Positions 1 to 11,600 of a DNA stretch of 46,673 nucleotides are shown piece by piece. Below the pieces are notes generated by a model. It did no database searches. It was not told the origin of the DNA and saw only the letters and a list, made by a program, of their open reading frames with translations. The first letter of the stretch is position 1, and each line of letters opens with the position of its first letter. Origin of the DNA: Amoebophrya sp. A120 (taxonomy: Eukaryota; Protista; Dinoflagellata); assembly GCA_905178155.1 (NCBI GenBank), contig CAJINV010000006.1:105415-152087 (forward strand), in the 5' to 3' direction. Made by a program: the position numbers and the translations under genes.

Positions 1-500
1 AGCGAAAAAGCAAAGCGAAAAAGCAAAGCGAAAAAGCAAAGCGAAAAAGCAAAGCGAAAAAGCAAAACGAAAAAGCAAAGCGAAAAAGAAAAGCGAGCAA
101 GCAAAGCGAAAAAGCAAAGCGGAAAAGCAAAGCGGACAAGCAAAGCGGGCAAGACAAGCGAACAAGCAAAGCGCGCAAGCAGAGCGAAAAAGCAAAGCGA
201 AAAGGCAGAGCGAAAAAGCAAAGCGAAAAAAGCGAAGCGAAAAAAGCAAAGCGAAAAAGGCAAAGCGACTATATAAAGCAAAGCGAAAAAGGCAAAGCGA
301 AAAAGGCAAAGCGGAAAAAGAAAAGCGAAAAAATCAAAGCAAACAAAGCGAAGCGAAAAACGCAAAGCAAACAAAGCGAAGCGAAAAAAGCAAAGCGGAA
401 AAAGCAAAGCAAACAAAGCGAAAAAAGCGAAGCGGAAAAAGCAAACCGAGAAAAGCAGGGCGAAGGCTGCGCGGGCGAGGCTGCGCAAAGCAAAGCAAGG
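1..500. repeat. 13-bp minisatellite (AAAAAGCAAAGCG)n, decaying rightwards, running off the window start
   Basis: Near-perfect copies at 1-120 and progressively more degenerate copies to about 500. Confidence 0.95.
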
Positions 501-1032
501 CTGTGCATGAAACACAGGGGGGGGCGTCAATTATGCGGCCAACGGCGCGAGCTTGCTTGCCTGTCATCGCCAAGCCTGCCAAAGCCAGCAAAGGCGGAGC
601 GGCCTGCGAAAAGCGCAGCAATTTTGCGCATTTCACAGCCAGCGCCTGCGAAAATAAAAAACGGAGGCGGAGCGGCCCCGACGGGCCCGGGGCCGCGGCT
701 TTTTCGTATTTCCCAGACAGCGCAACGGACGGGCTGCACTTCTAACGCGGGCCCGCGCATTGTCGTAGGCTTTCCCGATTTTGAAAGCGGGGCCGACCAC
801 GGGGGCGGGTCGGTCCGGCAGCAGCGAGCCCATAGAAGCGGGGCCCCGATGGCCCCGCTTCCAGGCTCGTACATATACAACTTGCGATGCTGCGTTTGGA
901 TTCTACAAAAATCTGTATTGTGCGAGCAGCAAGACGCACGAGTCAGTTTTTGCAGTATGCAGAGAGGTATTTCTCATGCGGTATAAGTAGGCATCAGGAA
1001 TTCGTCACAAAACCTGCGATATGCTAGGGTAT

Positions 1033-1387
1033 TGTGAAGTTTCCTGTGATCGTGGTGAACAAATTTGGAAACTTTCATAGAGGTTACGATCCTCAAACGT
1101 AAGGGGTTTTTACCAATTGTGAATTCCAGTATTGCGCGTGTATTGGGTTCACAAACAAGCCTGACATCGTTCCATTCAAAAATCCACATCGGTCTTCTTT
1201 TCATCTGTATCGTTTCTCATCGTCATTGCATTCAGATTAGCATGCTATGCTAGAAGCTAGTTAGTGTGTACGATGCTACAACGATAGGTGTACGATGGTC
1301 CGAATAAATATGCTCTGAACGAATACCGATAGTAGTAATGATTTTTGCATTCAAACAGAAATTGGGTGTACGTCAATACCGATGACA
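1033..1387. mobile_element. Probable solo LTR (355 bp) inserted in a family-A introner
   Basis: Starts TGTGA and ends TGACA. Perfect 5-bp duplication GGTAT at 1028-1032 and 1388-1392. The flanks rejoin into the family-A internal sequence (atgctagggtatgcatcacaga; compare 17508-17529). Confidence 0.75.
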
Positions 1388-1474
1388 GGTATGCATCACA
1401 GATATCATGGCTCATGCAAAACGTGCATGACAAGTCTCACAATCGTCCAGACCCAGACATTTTCGCAGTCCATA

Positions 1475-3922
1475 TGGCTGCCCTGGACGCAATGCACGGG
1501 CCACATCACCTATCATATGAAAAAAGCGTTTCCCTGTAAGGATTTTGCGAGTTTTGCATTACAAGTTCGTCACACATGACAAGGAAAACTTGCCATGCGA
1601 GGTTGCAAAGGGAAAACACAGCTAAAAATCACTTGTCTTGCATGTGTAGCAACACAAACACTTCTACGATGCATTTTCTGCATCACAAGTTCACAGTGAA
1701 ACACTTTTTTCTTGCGATATCACCTGGTTCGTCTCCACAGTGTTGCCGTTGGTCGCCGTGCGGATCAGCTTGACCTCCTCGAATTCCTTCTTCCCGGGGT
1801 TGTTGTATCAAAGTGAAAAAATAAGCCCCCACCCCATATTCTTCAAAAGACAACTTGCGTTGCTGGATTTGTGTACACAAATGAACTTTGTATTGCAGCG
1901 AATTATGCTTGTCGGTAATATATTCTAAGCCCATTTGGGTACTACGCATCCGGCTAGCAGCTGAGCATGAGAAACAAGTCTGACATAGGCGAAAACGCAT
2001 GACAAATTCGCTGCACAATGCGCCACATGGGTGCCGCTTGCCTTGCACGCAAGACAAAGCTGATTTGTGGCCACGAATCAGCATCACAAATTTCCTTTTC
2101 GATATGGGGACGCGGGGGGATTTTTCCTTACGATATGTTAGCGGCAAAGCTCATGTGGTCGGCCGGGTGCCAGTCCTGGGACCACACAATCTTGCGGTTC
2201 ATCTATAACCCGCTCAGGCATTACAATGATCTCAAACGCTACAATAGAGTCTGGATTTTGCATTGCATGACGCGCATGACACACTCGCAGAGCGTTCCGT
2301 CTTCTGCAATACAAATTTCGGCAGATTCTAGTGCGGTTTGGGACTCGAGAACTTGTCATGCGCAATCCTGTGGGAGAGTAGTAGGCTAGATCATGCACTC
2401 TTGCATTACAGATTTCCATATTCTATTGTAACCGATTTGAGTAATATTGTAACGTTTGAGCGGGTCATATCATCGACCGGGCCTTTCCCACGAACGCGCG
2501 CACGGCTTCTTCGTACTTCTGGTCCGCACCGGGGACCGCGAGGGCACCGCCTTCCAGAAAGTCGTACTGGTATCGAAAGGGAAAATCCCCCCTCCCCAAC
2601 TCAAAACGGAATTTCTGATGCTGGACTTGTGTACACAAATCAGGTTTGTATTGCAACAAGGCACTGCGGCCAGATCCCCAGGCGAGGTAGGGGCGTATGG
2701 GTCTAGTTGTTCAGCATGGCAAACGGCTCCCCTTTAGGCGCAACAGCATGACAAATCGCTTCCATAATGGGGCGGAAGCTTCTGCCCTTGTCTTCTTGCA
2801 AGACAAATGTGATTTGTGACCTCAAATCAGCAACACAAATTCTCGGAAACATTACCTTTTCGGTATGGGGAAGGGGGATTTTTCCTCTTGATAACTGGAA
2901 GTCGACGACGATAACCGCAGTGTTATCCGGAACAAAAACGTCCCCACTCCAGCGTTGTCATGCAAATGCGCAATGACAACGACAGAAATCGATTTGTAAT
3001 GCGCAGCTCCATGAAGCAGAGGCATTTCCAATCGCGCTTTGGAATTTGTAATGCTTTAAACAGGATGAGAAGCTGGCTTTCTCATCCGGCTGCCCTTGCT
3101 AAAAACAACACGGCGCTACAGATGGAAACTTGTCATGCAAAACTCCCAAAACTATAGAGATTTGTGTTGCTAGATTCCCAGCTTGACTACGGGGCGGGGA
3201 CGTTTTTGCTTAGGATAAGTGTCCGGATCCTGGAGAACCTTTTCGGCGAGCAAGACGTTGTTTGTTCCCAGCGCAGTGTTACCCCCGCCGTTGTTATCAA
3301 ATGCAAATATGTCTGGGTCTGGAAGAGTGTTAAACTTGTCATGCAGGTTTTCCATGACCCATGAGGTCCGGAATGCGGGACCTAGCATGACAGAGTCTGT
3401 GAGGTCTTTGCTATGCCTATCCTGCATGAGAAACTCGAACTCGCTCCCAACTTGGTCGAAAGTGGACAGCTTTCGGCCCTCATGCAACACAGACTTTCGC
3501 ACTATTCGGATTTAGCATGACAAGTTGCAATCTTCCAGACCCAGGCATTTTTGCAATCCATAGTTGTTGTCGTTCTGGCGACAGGCGTACACGATTCCAA
3601 CCGTTGCACCGGCAATGGCACCAAGACCGAGGAGGACGATGAGGGCAATGGCCCAGACGGGGCAACAAGACGATTTGTTTTTCATCCCAACACGACTACC
3701 ATCTTCCTGCTGCGCTACCACCACTTTATCGGAGCACGCGGGGGCGGTAGCTGCGAAGGCGTCGTGGGAAAAATGGAAATCCTCCTGCTCCTCTTCCGAC
3801 ACGAAGTCAGCATCTTGGTACGAACCAAGAAACGCATCGTCATCTGCGCCCGACGAGGGCTGCATGACGTAGTTCTCAGGAACAACGTGAGAATAAAACG
3901 TGTTGGACAAGTGACTCGACAT
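1475..3922 (-). CDS. pncA: Nicotinamidase/pyrazinamidase (isochorismatase superfamily) with N-terminal transmembrane segment; spliced, 3' part missing from the window
   Basis: Removing the elements at 3295-3562, 2924-3217, 2571-2893, 2204-2469, 1806-2135 and 1511-1719 (plus one DR each) gives ...WAIALIVLLGLGAIAGATVGIVYAC...DTAVIVVDFQYDFLEGGALAVPGAD...IVWSQDWHPADHMSFAANNPGKKEFEEV...NQVMWPVHCVQGS. These are the PncA motifs VDxQxDF/GGALAV, DWHPxxH and WPxHCVQ. The catalytic Lys/Cys half is not seen. Start codon is assumed. Confidence 0.9.
2204..2469. mobile_element. Singleton introner, TIR TATRACCCGCTCA
   Basis: DR TCATC; removal gives RSMNRKIVWSQDWHP. Confidence 0.85.
2571..2893. mobile_element. 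Introner family C (representative; about 11 copies), TIR TATCAAAAGGAAAAATCCCCCTCCCCATATC
   Basis: DR ACTGG here; closely similar to 37172-37493. Others: 1806-2135, 7822-8125, 11054-11363, 19042-19355, 20498-20830, 34130-34336, 34400-34717, 40497-40818, 41303-41796. Confidence 0.95.
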
Positions 3923-5921
3923 TTTTACTTTATTTTCTCTATATGCAGCTGATGTGACAGCACTGTATTGTTCAAAAATCTTTTCTGCTGTTGTTGTGAT
4001 GTAAAATTGCAATACGTTGTAAAAAATTCTTGCGCAGCTGCAGCAAGAACAAAGTTGTACTCTGTGACGAGGATTATATTACAGTTGCTATTTTTGTTAT
4101 AGTCGTTGATCGGATGTGGTCGTAGGCTATGAAGATTGATTTGGGGCAAAGATCTAGCTTTTTATCTAGGTTTTTAGAAGAGGTGTTCCTGTGTAAAGTT
4201 TAGCAGAGGTGGTCCTTGCAGCTACGGCAAAACTCAGCGACGTCGAGACCGGCGGGTACTTCCTACTACTACCTGGACGTAGTAGAAGTTCGTTTATTGA
4301 TGTTCATGTTCTTTACTGTGTTCTTGTACAGGACTGCCACTACATGTGATTTCATTCTTGTGATGAGCAATGGTGTCGAAATCGAAATGCAGCTTTGCCG
4401 TTGTACCGATGTTAACATTTTTCAAATTGCTGAATTTCATTTTCACGAACGGACACCGACTTGATCTACAACTTCACTTCGACTTCGACATGAGAGATAG
4501 CGGAAAAATCTCCACATCTGATTATGCCGGGGTTCGTCACGATCTTGGTTCCTACTTTTTCAGTTTTGTATAATTGGGTCACCAAAAATTTTCGGATCTG
4601 CTGCCATTGCAGTTCTAAGAAGGGCGCGATCTTCTTCTTTGATTTTTTTTACATGTTGAGGGCAGGCACCTCACGTGATCGTGCAAAAGATGTCAAGCGT
4701 TTGAACCACTGAAGGTGTCACCTTCAATTTTCGAGTTGAGCCAACTATATACTGATATACACAGATAGACACGTCGACAATCAGGGCATAAAAGCCTCCC
4801 AGTTTATTTTGCTTTGTTCATTTCTCTCTTTTAATGTTCCACTTTTTCGCTTATGGCACGAAGACGAACTTCGTTCCTCCCTGCACACTGGAACACGAGA
4901 AGAACACGATTTCCTCGTGCGAAGATACGGTGGACCAACGAAACACCAATCACTTCCAGGTCAACAGGCAAAAAATTGAGTCAGGAGTGATCTTCAACCT
5001 GTTGCTTCAGAGGAAATGCATTTTTTTTCAATATAAATTTGAGTCGCCTTCGACAAAAAATCATGTTTTCGTTTGAAAAAAGTGGCGAAATATTGGTTCT
5101 TTTGTGCTCCTTACATGAATTCGTGAATGTTCATCATGGAATTATCTGTGCAGATGTTGACCTCCTGTTTTGGGGGTCGGAGAGCCGGAAAAACATGTGA
5201 AAAATATGTTGCTTTATTTGCTTGGCAGTTTTCAAACGGTGGACAAAATCTTTTTATGATCTCCACAATACAACGCGTATACCAGCAACAATCTGAGCAT
5301 GCGTTTTCGGTAAATCTGAGCATGCATTTTCGGTATAAAATAAACCGCGTTAAGAAAGGCGTCTCTTCAAAAATTTATTCTGTATTGGTTATGGTTTTGG
5401 TAGGAAAAAAGATCAGTGTTGAAATAGGTGTGATGTTGTCAAGGGAGCGACCACAACTCGACTGTAAGTATTACTTCGTTCATTTGCACGGATAATGGTA
5501 GAGAATGAGGCACAAGCAGCAGTAGCCGCTGCTGTATCTACTTATCCTCAGAGCAGTCAGCTTTTAGAGGCATGTAAAAACGATTCATTTTAGATATCGA
5601 AAATGGAAATCAAAAAAACAAGAAAGCAAGCTATTGATAAATCGGTCAAATATAGCGGTTTTGACAGACAAAAAAAAGTGTAGAAACTGGTATAAACAAA
5701 TGCAACAGTGGGACTATAGTCGAGCTACTCCTGCAACATCACAACTTTATCTCCACCGACCGGCAACCTCGTCGGAATTAACGGAGTAGAACCAGGGAAG
5801 GAGTGACGGTCTTCTTCTTCTTGGAGGAAGAAACTACTGAACAGCGCTGCTGGTGTGGACGTCCAGACCGAATGTTGGCTATTGTTAGCACGACTACTTA
5901 CTGGTGAGGACACACATGTTT

Positions 5922-7535
5922 TTACAACTGGTCCGCGTGATTTGCTGAAAGCACCGGGTATGAGTCGTATGAGTGGGAAAAGCAGTGGAAGATGGTATCA
6001 TATCTACAAACGTCCCCACCTCATAGTCAAGCTGGGATGAACACTGCAAGAAGAAGTCCAGAAGTTTTGGGAGTCAACACGCAGGACAAGTTTTGTTCCG
6101 CTGTTTTGGAATGCAGAGTCGCAAGGACAGCCGCATCACAAATCCATCTGCTTATCGTGTTTACAGCAGTTTTACAAAAAATGCGCGAACATGAATGGAA
6201 ATGCCTATCGTGTGGATCCGCATCACGAATAGTCCTGCACTTGCAATAAATCCGCATGACAACTCTAGATCGGGGACGTTTATTTTACACACAGGATAGA
6301 TGTCGTCCGTCAAGTAACCTTTGGAGCAGTTCACGTTTGGTTCCACACGGTTTTTTATCAAATGCAAATATGTCTGGGTCTGGAAGGATCCGAACTTGTG
6401 ATGCGTGTTTCGGATCCTACAAAGATCTGTGATGCATAACGTGGAAAAGGTGCCCACTTCGGGCCATGTTGAGAGGGCATTTCTCATGGAGAATACGCAT
6501 TACCAAGGAGGGTGCAGAACCTGTGATGCTAGGCGTTGCATTCCAGACGTGGGGGAGCTTGCAAAAACTGGATGACAAATCTCGGAATCTCCCAGACCCA
6601 GACATTTTTACATTTGATATTTTTGAAGGCTGCTTCTTTCCGGGCCGGAGGAATGCGTCGAAAGATCACCCACAAGGCGTCGAGTTCGAGTTTACGCAGC
6701 TTTCGCTCCTCCTCTCGGTAATCCTCGTAAACGTACCGCAACCGCTTCTCACCGGAGGTAAGGAACGTGTAGAGCTGCACTTTGTTGATATCCTGTACGA
6801 CGTCCATTCTTGCGTACTCGACTGCTGTTCCACGTGGTGCTCTCTCCGTGTATGGTGTTCTCAACTGTTACGCTCTCAGCTGTTGCATGCTTTGTCATGC
6901 AGAACTCTCATCAGTATCTACGCCATCAAGCTGCCTCGCATGACAAATTTCCGAAGAGCTGAACAGCATCTAAATCTGTGCCAAACCTGTAATGCAAACG
7001 GCGAAATCTTCTCCCTCGCACATTTGCCATTTTTGCATTACAAATCCACGTAACAGTTGAGAATGTAACGCTTGAGAACGCCATACCGTGTGCGCTGGGT
7101 TTCCGTTGATGGAGGTGCCGCTGGATACCGTTCGGTGCCGCAACTGAGGGGTGGGGTCGTTATGGGAATCTCAAGCCTTACGCGGCTTGCTGATACATGA
7201 TTTGTGACGCAAAACAACCATGATCAACACCAGCATCCAGCACACAACCAAGAAACTACTTCGCATTACAAAGAACTTGGGCCAAACAAAAGCATGGAAT
7301 TGTTTGCCGAATTTGTAATCTGAAAGGTGCAGACACAGACTTTTGCCCCTCTTGCATGACAAACTCATCATGTACCGGCTGACATCGCTCGGACCGCTCG
7401 CATGGATTACCTTCTATCCCTTTTGCTCCTCCACGAAAGTAGGAATCCCAGGGGCATACTCTTGGACCTGAAGTAGAATTTGTGGGATCTCGTGGTCGAT
7501 TACAACTTGCAGAGCACCCCGGCAGAGTCGGTGAC
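5922..7535 (-). CDS. 3' exons of a hypothetical protein (5' end unresolved)
   Basis: Removing 6851-7085, 6356-6619 and 5996-6298 gives an open frame ...GNPAHTERAPRGTAVEYARMD...KEAAFKNRVEPNVNCSKGYLTDDIFHCF...DQL-stop (TAA 5922-5924). Upstream degenerate elements (about 7161-7458 and from 7538) are tentative. No clean frame could be carried through 7800-8600. Confidence 0.45.
6851..7085. mobile_element. Singleton introner, TIR TATGGYGTTCTCAA
   Basis: Perfect DR CCGTG; frame restored on removal. Confidence 0.8.
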
Positions 7536-8634
7536 CTTATAATTTTGTGATGCGTTGTCCTATGTGTTGTCTCTGAAAGCAGCAGAGTGCAGATTTGTGA
7601 CACGACGCCCTGATCAGGAAGGTCACGCAAAAACTTGCTGTGTTGTATCAGGTAGTAGAGACAGATCATCAATAATTTATGCAGATTTCCCGGCGCAAGG
7701 GAATGGAACTGCGACTGCCTTGGCGAGGGCAGGGGACAGGGCACCGCAGATCGCACAAGCTGGATCGTCCTCGAGTTCGCGCGGAGGCGTGGTCCACGAC
7801 TTGTTTATTTATCGATCAGTAAATCAAAAGGAAAAGTGCCCCCTTCCCATATCGAAAACGAAATTTGTGAAGCTGTATTTGAGTACACGAGTCGGCTTGT
7901 ATTGCTAGGAGGCCGCGGGTGTGGCCTCGTTTGCTGGCAATTTGTCATGCTGCTTCCCACCTCCAGCTGCCTCCTGCCATGCTGAAGATGCAAGGCTTTC
8001 CCACGACACCCAGCACTACGGTGCACATCTTTTCCCTTCTAGCACGACGAAGCTGACTTGTGGCCCCAAATCTGCATCACAGATTTCCGTTTTGATATGG
8101 GAAGGGGGGATTTTTGTTCTTGATACAGTAGCAGCCAAAAAAAAACTCTTCGGCGCACTGCGCGCGCCTTCTGAAACCCCAAACCCTTTCCGAAAATAAG
8201 AAGTCGACCCTTCCGCGCGGAGGGACGACCGGAAATTTCGGCTTCTTCTTGCGCCACAAGCGCCTGAAAGAAGCCGCCCCCTCCACCCGGAGGGGCCGGC
8301 TTCTTTCTGGGCCGCCAGCGACGGAGAAGAAACCCCCTCCACGCGGAGGGCCCGGTTTCTTCATGTTCCGAATCGCGCACGCTGCGCGCGGAATCTTCTG
8401 CGCGTTTGATGTTTTCCCGAAGAGGAGCCGCAGCTCGAGCAGTGGATTCTCACGGAGGTGGCCAGCTTTTTTATAATCCCGGCCACCTCATGAAAGCGCA
8501 GCACCCCTGCTGTGAACCATGGTTTCAGCAGGGTGTTGGCCTACTGTGTTGCAGAGTAATTATATCCGGGTCGAAAGTAGGGTGCAGAGTTGTGATACGT
8601 CCTGTGGAAGGTGGGTCAAGCAAAAAACAACGTC

Positions 8635-11600
8635 TTACGGCCGACGCGAACTGTACTCCCAGTACAACCACCAGTCGAACGGACATTCCTTATCGATTTT
8701 CTCCGTTTCTACTTGGTCCCGGAGTTGCTTCCTGGGAGCCGCGTTCTCGAATTTGCGAAATGTCTCCCGCTATCAAATGCAAAAGTGTCTGGGTCTGGAA
8801 ACTTGCGATGCTGGGTGGCGTATCATGAGGAGGCCGCAGGCGCTGGCTCAGAATGACAAGTTTCTGAGCTTCTAGGTGTTGCCTATTCTGCATGACAAAC
8901 TGCGTTTCTGCATGACAGGAAAAAAAAAATGGGGCTCTTGGGCAATGTGCATGACAAATTCAAGAGTCATGTGAGACAAGCATGACAAACTTGCATTCTT
9001 CCAGACCCAGACATTTTTGCACTTGATATCCGCCACTTGCAAAATTCGTCTGCTACTTTTCCGCCGCACTCGCTGAAAGACGGAAGATCCGTTAGCCTCT
9101 TCTTGCCCTCCAGAAAATCCGCGAAGTTCTTGTCCATTTCTTGTTTTTTCTTGTGCCGGTCAATGTCGAGGGCCAACGCAAATTCTTCCGGCTCTCCACC
9201 CTCCTATGCATGGCGAATATGTCTGGGTCTGGATAGACGCAGCGGGAATTTGTGTTGCTGTGTATTGCATGACAGAGCGATCTTTTATACGGCATCCCCT
9301 CGTCACAAACCGCATGACAAAAAATTGTCCAATGGTATTCTATGCATCAGAAATAATCAAAATCCTTGCTGTCTTCAAAAATTCGCATCACAAATCCAGA
9401 TCCAGATCGATACTTGCAGCGAATATGTACATCTTGGCTCGCAATATCTGCTGCACCACCAATTCCACCTGGTCGCGCGGCGGACGCGTTAACTTCTCTG
9501 GCTCGTTCCTCGGAATCGACGGCACCAGGGTGGGATAGAGAAAATCCGCGATGACACCATTTACGTCCTCCGGGAGACGCTTCTGGACCACGTTGTCGAA
9601 AATGTCGACCTGCGCCAACTATCAAATGTAAAAATGTCTGGGTCTGGAAGATTGCCAGGTTTGTCATGCACATTTTGCATGAATCCTGATGTCTGTGATG
9701 CATGCCCTAGCATCACAGACTTTGTGAGGGCTTCCTGATGCCTATACCGCATGACAAATGCTCTTTCCGTGTAGCAAAACTTGGACTCTCTTTGCTGCTC
9801 ATGCAATACAGATAGAATTTTTAGAGTCCAAATTCAGCATGAGAAGTTGGATTCTTCCAGACCCAGACATTTTTACACTTGATACCAACGCGCGGTCCCG
9901 CAAGAGCTTGTGGACGGTGATCGCGTTGGTGTAACCGAGGATCTGGAGCTCCGCTTCGCGTCGCACGTACACGTCGATGACTACGGCGCCGTATCGTATT
10001 TAAAAATGTCCCCACCCCAGAGTTGTCATGCAAATCTGCATGCTGAAAATGTTTCTCATAGGGAGCTGCATGAGAAGCGTCTTCCAGTCGTGTTTTAGAA
10101 TTTGTCATGCTCCAACCAGCTTGATATAGAAGATCCGTGACGTTGCTGAGCTAGCTCAAACAGCACTACAATACGAGTCCAAATTTGTCATGCAAAACAG
10201 CCGAAGCCTGTGGATTTGTCTAGCCGGGTCTCCATCTTGGCTATGGGGTGGGGACGTTTTTACATAGGATACGCCGTCTACAAAACTCTGAAGACACTGA
10301 GAGTGCAACTCTTCAAATGTACTTGAGAGTTTTGCCAGTTCATCGCCTGCCAACACAAGCCCGTCCGCCAACAGAGTGCGTAATTTGTGGTCGCGAATGT
10401 TGTATCAAGTGTAAAAATGTCAATGTCTGGGTCTGGAAACTTGTAATGCTGCGTTGGGAATAGTGAATGCTCTGTAATGCACAGCCAAGCATGAGATGAA
10501 ATATCTGTGCTTCTTTGTGTTGCGTTTTTCGCATGACAAACTGCGGTTTTGCTTGACAGGCAAAAGGGTCTCTTCTTGGACACGCATCGCAAACTTTTTA
10601 GTCATGCCAGAGAAGCATGACAAGCCTCGCAATCTTCCAGACCCAGACATTTTTGCATTTGATAAGTTGGCCACGCGCGCACGTTGGACGCGTTCGTAGA
10701 GACTGGGGTACCCGCGAAAAGCAGTGCTGGCAGATTCGTGGAAATGCCGAAGCTTATTGCAGACGTGGGTTCTCGTGGGCAGATCTACGTCACCGACGGG
10801 CTTCCTGGGATCACGGGCGGGGCGGGAGTCCAAGTACTCATCCATGAGACGGGAGGGAAAATGGGAGAAATTACGCCTCCGAACATCAACCTCCCAAACC
10901 TTCAACTTGTTTTCTACGAGTGAAGAGAGGTCTCGCTGTATCCACCGGTCGCCAGTTTTCTTGTGTGCTTCAGCTGCTTCCCTGAGCCCCTTATTCTTGT
11001 GACTGAGCGCAGCCAGAGCTACCCGCAACTTGCAGTCGTTTTTGTTCTGGGCGTATCAAAAGGAAAAATCCCCCCTCCCCATATCAAAATGGAAATTTGT
11101 AATGCTGATTTGGGGTCACAAATCATCTTTGTCTTGCCTATAGGGCAATAGGAGCCGTGTGGCGCATTCCAAAGCCAATCTGTCATGCGCTTTCGGCTAC
11201 TGCAGACCTGTTTGCCATGTGTAATTGCTAGCCTTCCGCATACCCAAACAGGCTCAGAAAATGCCGCCACGCACTTTCTGCAAGACAAACCTGATTTGTG
11301 TACTCAAATCCAGCATCAGAAACTTCGTTTTGATATGGGGAGGGGGGATTTTTCCTCAGAATAGGGCGAGGTTCGGCTGCGAGGGGTCGTACTTGTAAAC
11401 CAGGTTTTCGATGTGTTACAATGAAACATGCCCCCACCCCCGAACTTGGGAGCATTTGTATTGCAAACCTTTCCAAATGAAACATTCGCCCTCTTGCATC
11501 TATCAGCATCACAGGTTTGTTCCTATCGTGAATAGCAAAAATTTGTGTTGCAAAAGACCCTAGCAGAAGCGGCGCTTGTCATGCAAGCGATGTGATACAC

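Noticed and set aside
1-500. Telomere, or the F/A-rich ORFs 269-508 and 334-636
   Set aside because: The unit is not a TTTAGGG/TTAGGG-type repeat, and the ORFs are translations of the minisatellite.
4735-4745. Relic dinoflagellate spliced leader (ttgagccaa)
   Set aside because: The match is too short to be meaningful.
7538-8630. Continuous CDS linking the 8635-15988 gene to the 5922 gene
   Set aside because: All three minus frames hit stops near 7805-7820 after removing 7822-8125. This may be UTR, unrecognised decayed introns or sequence error.
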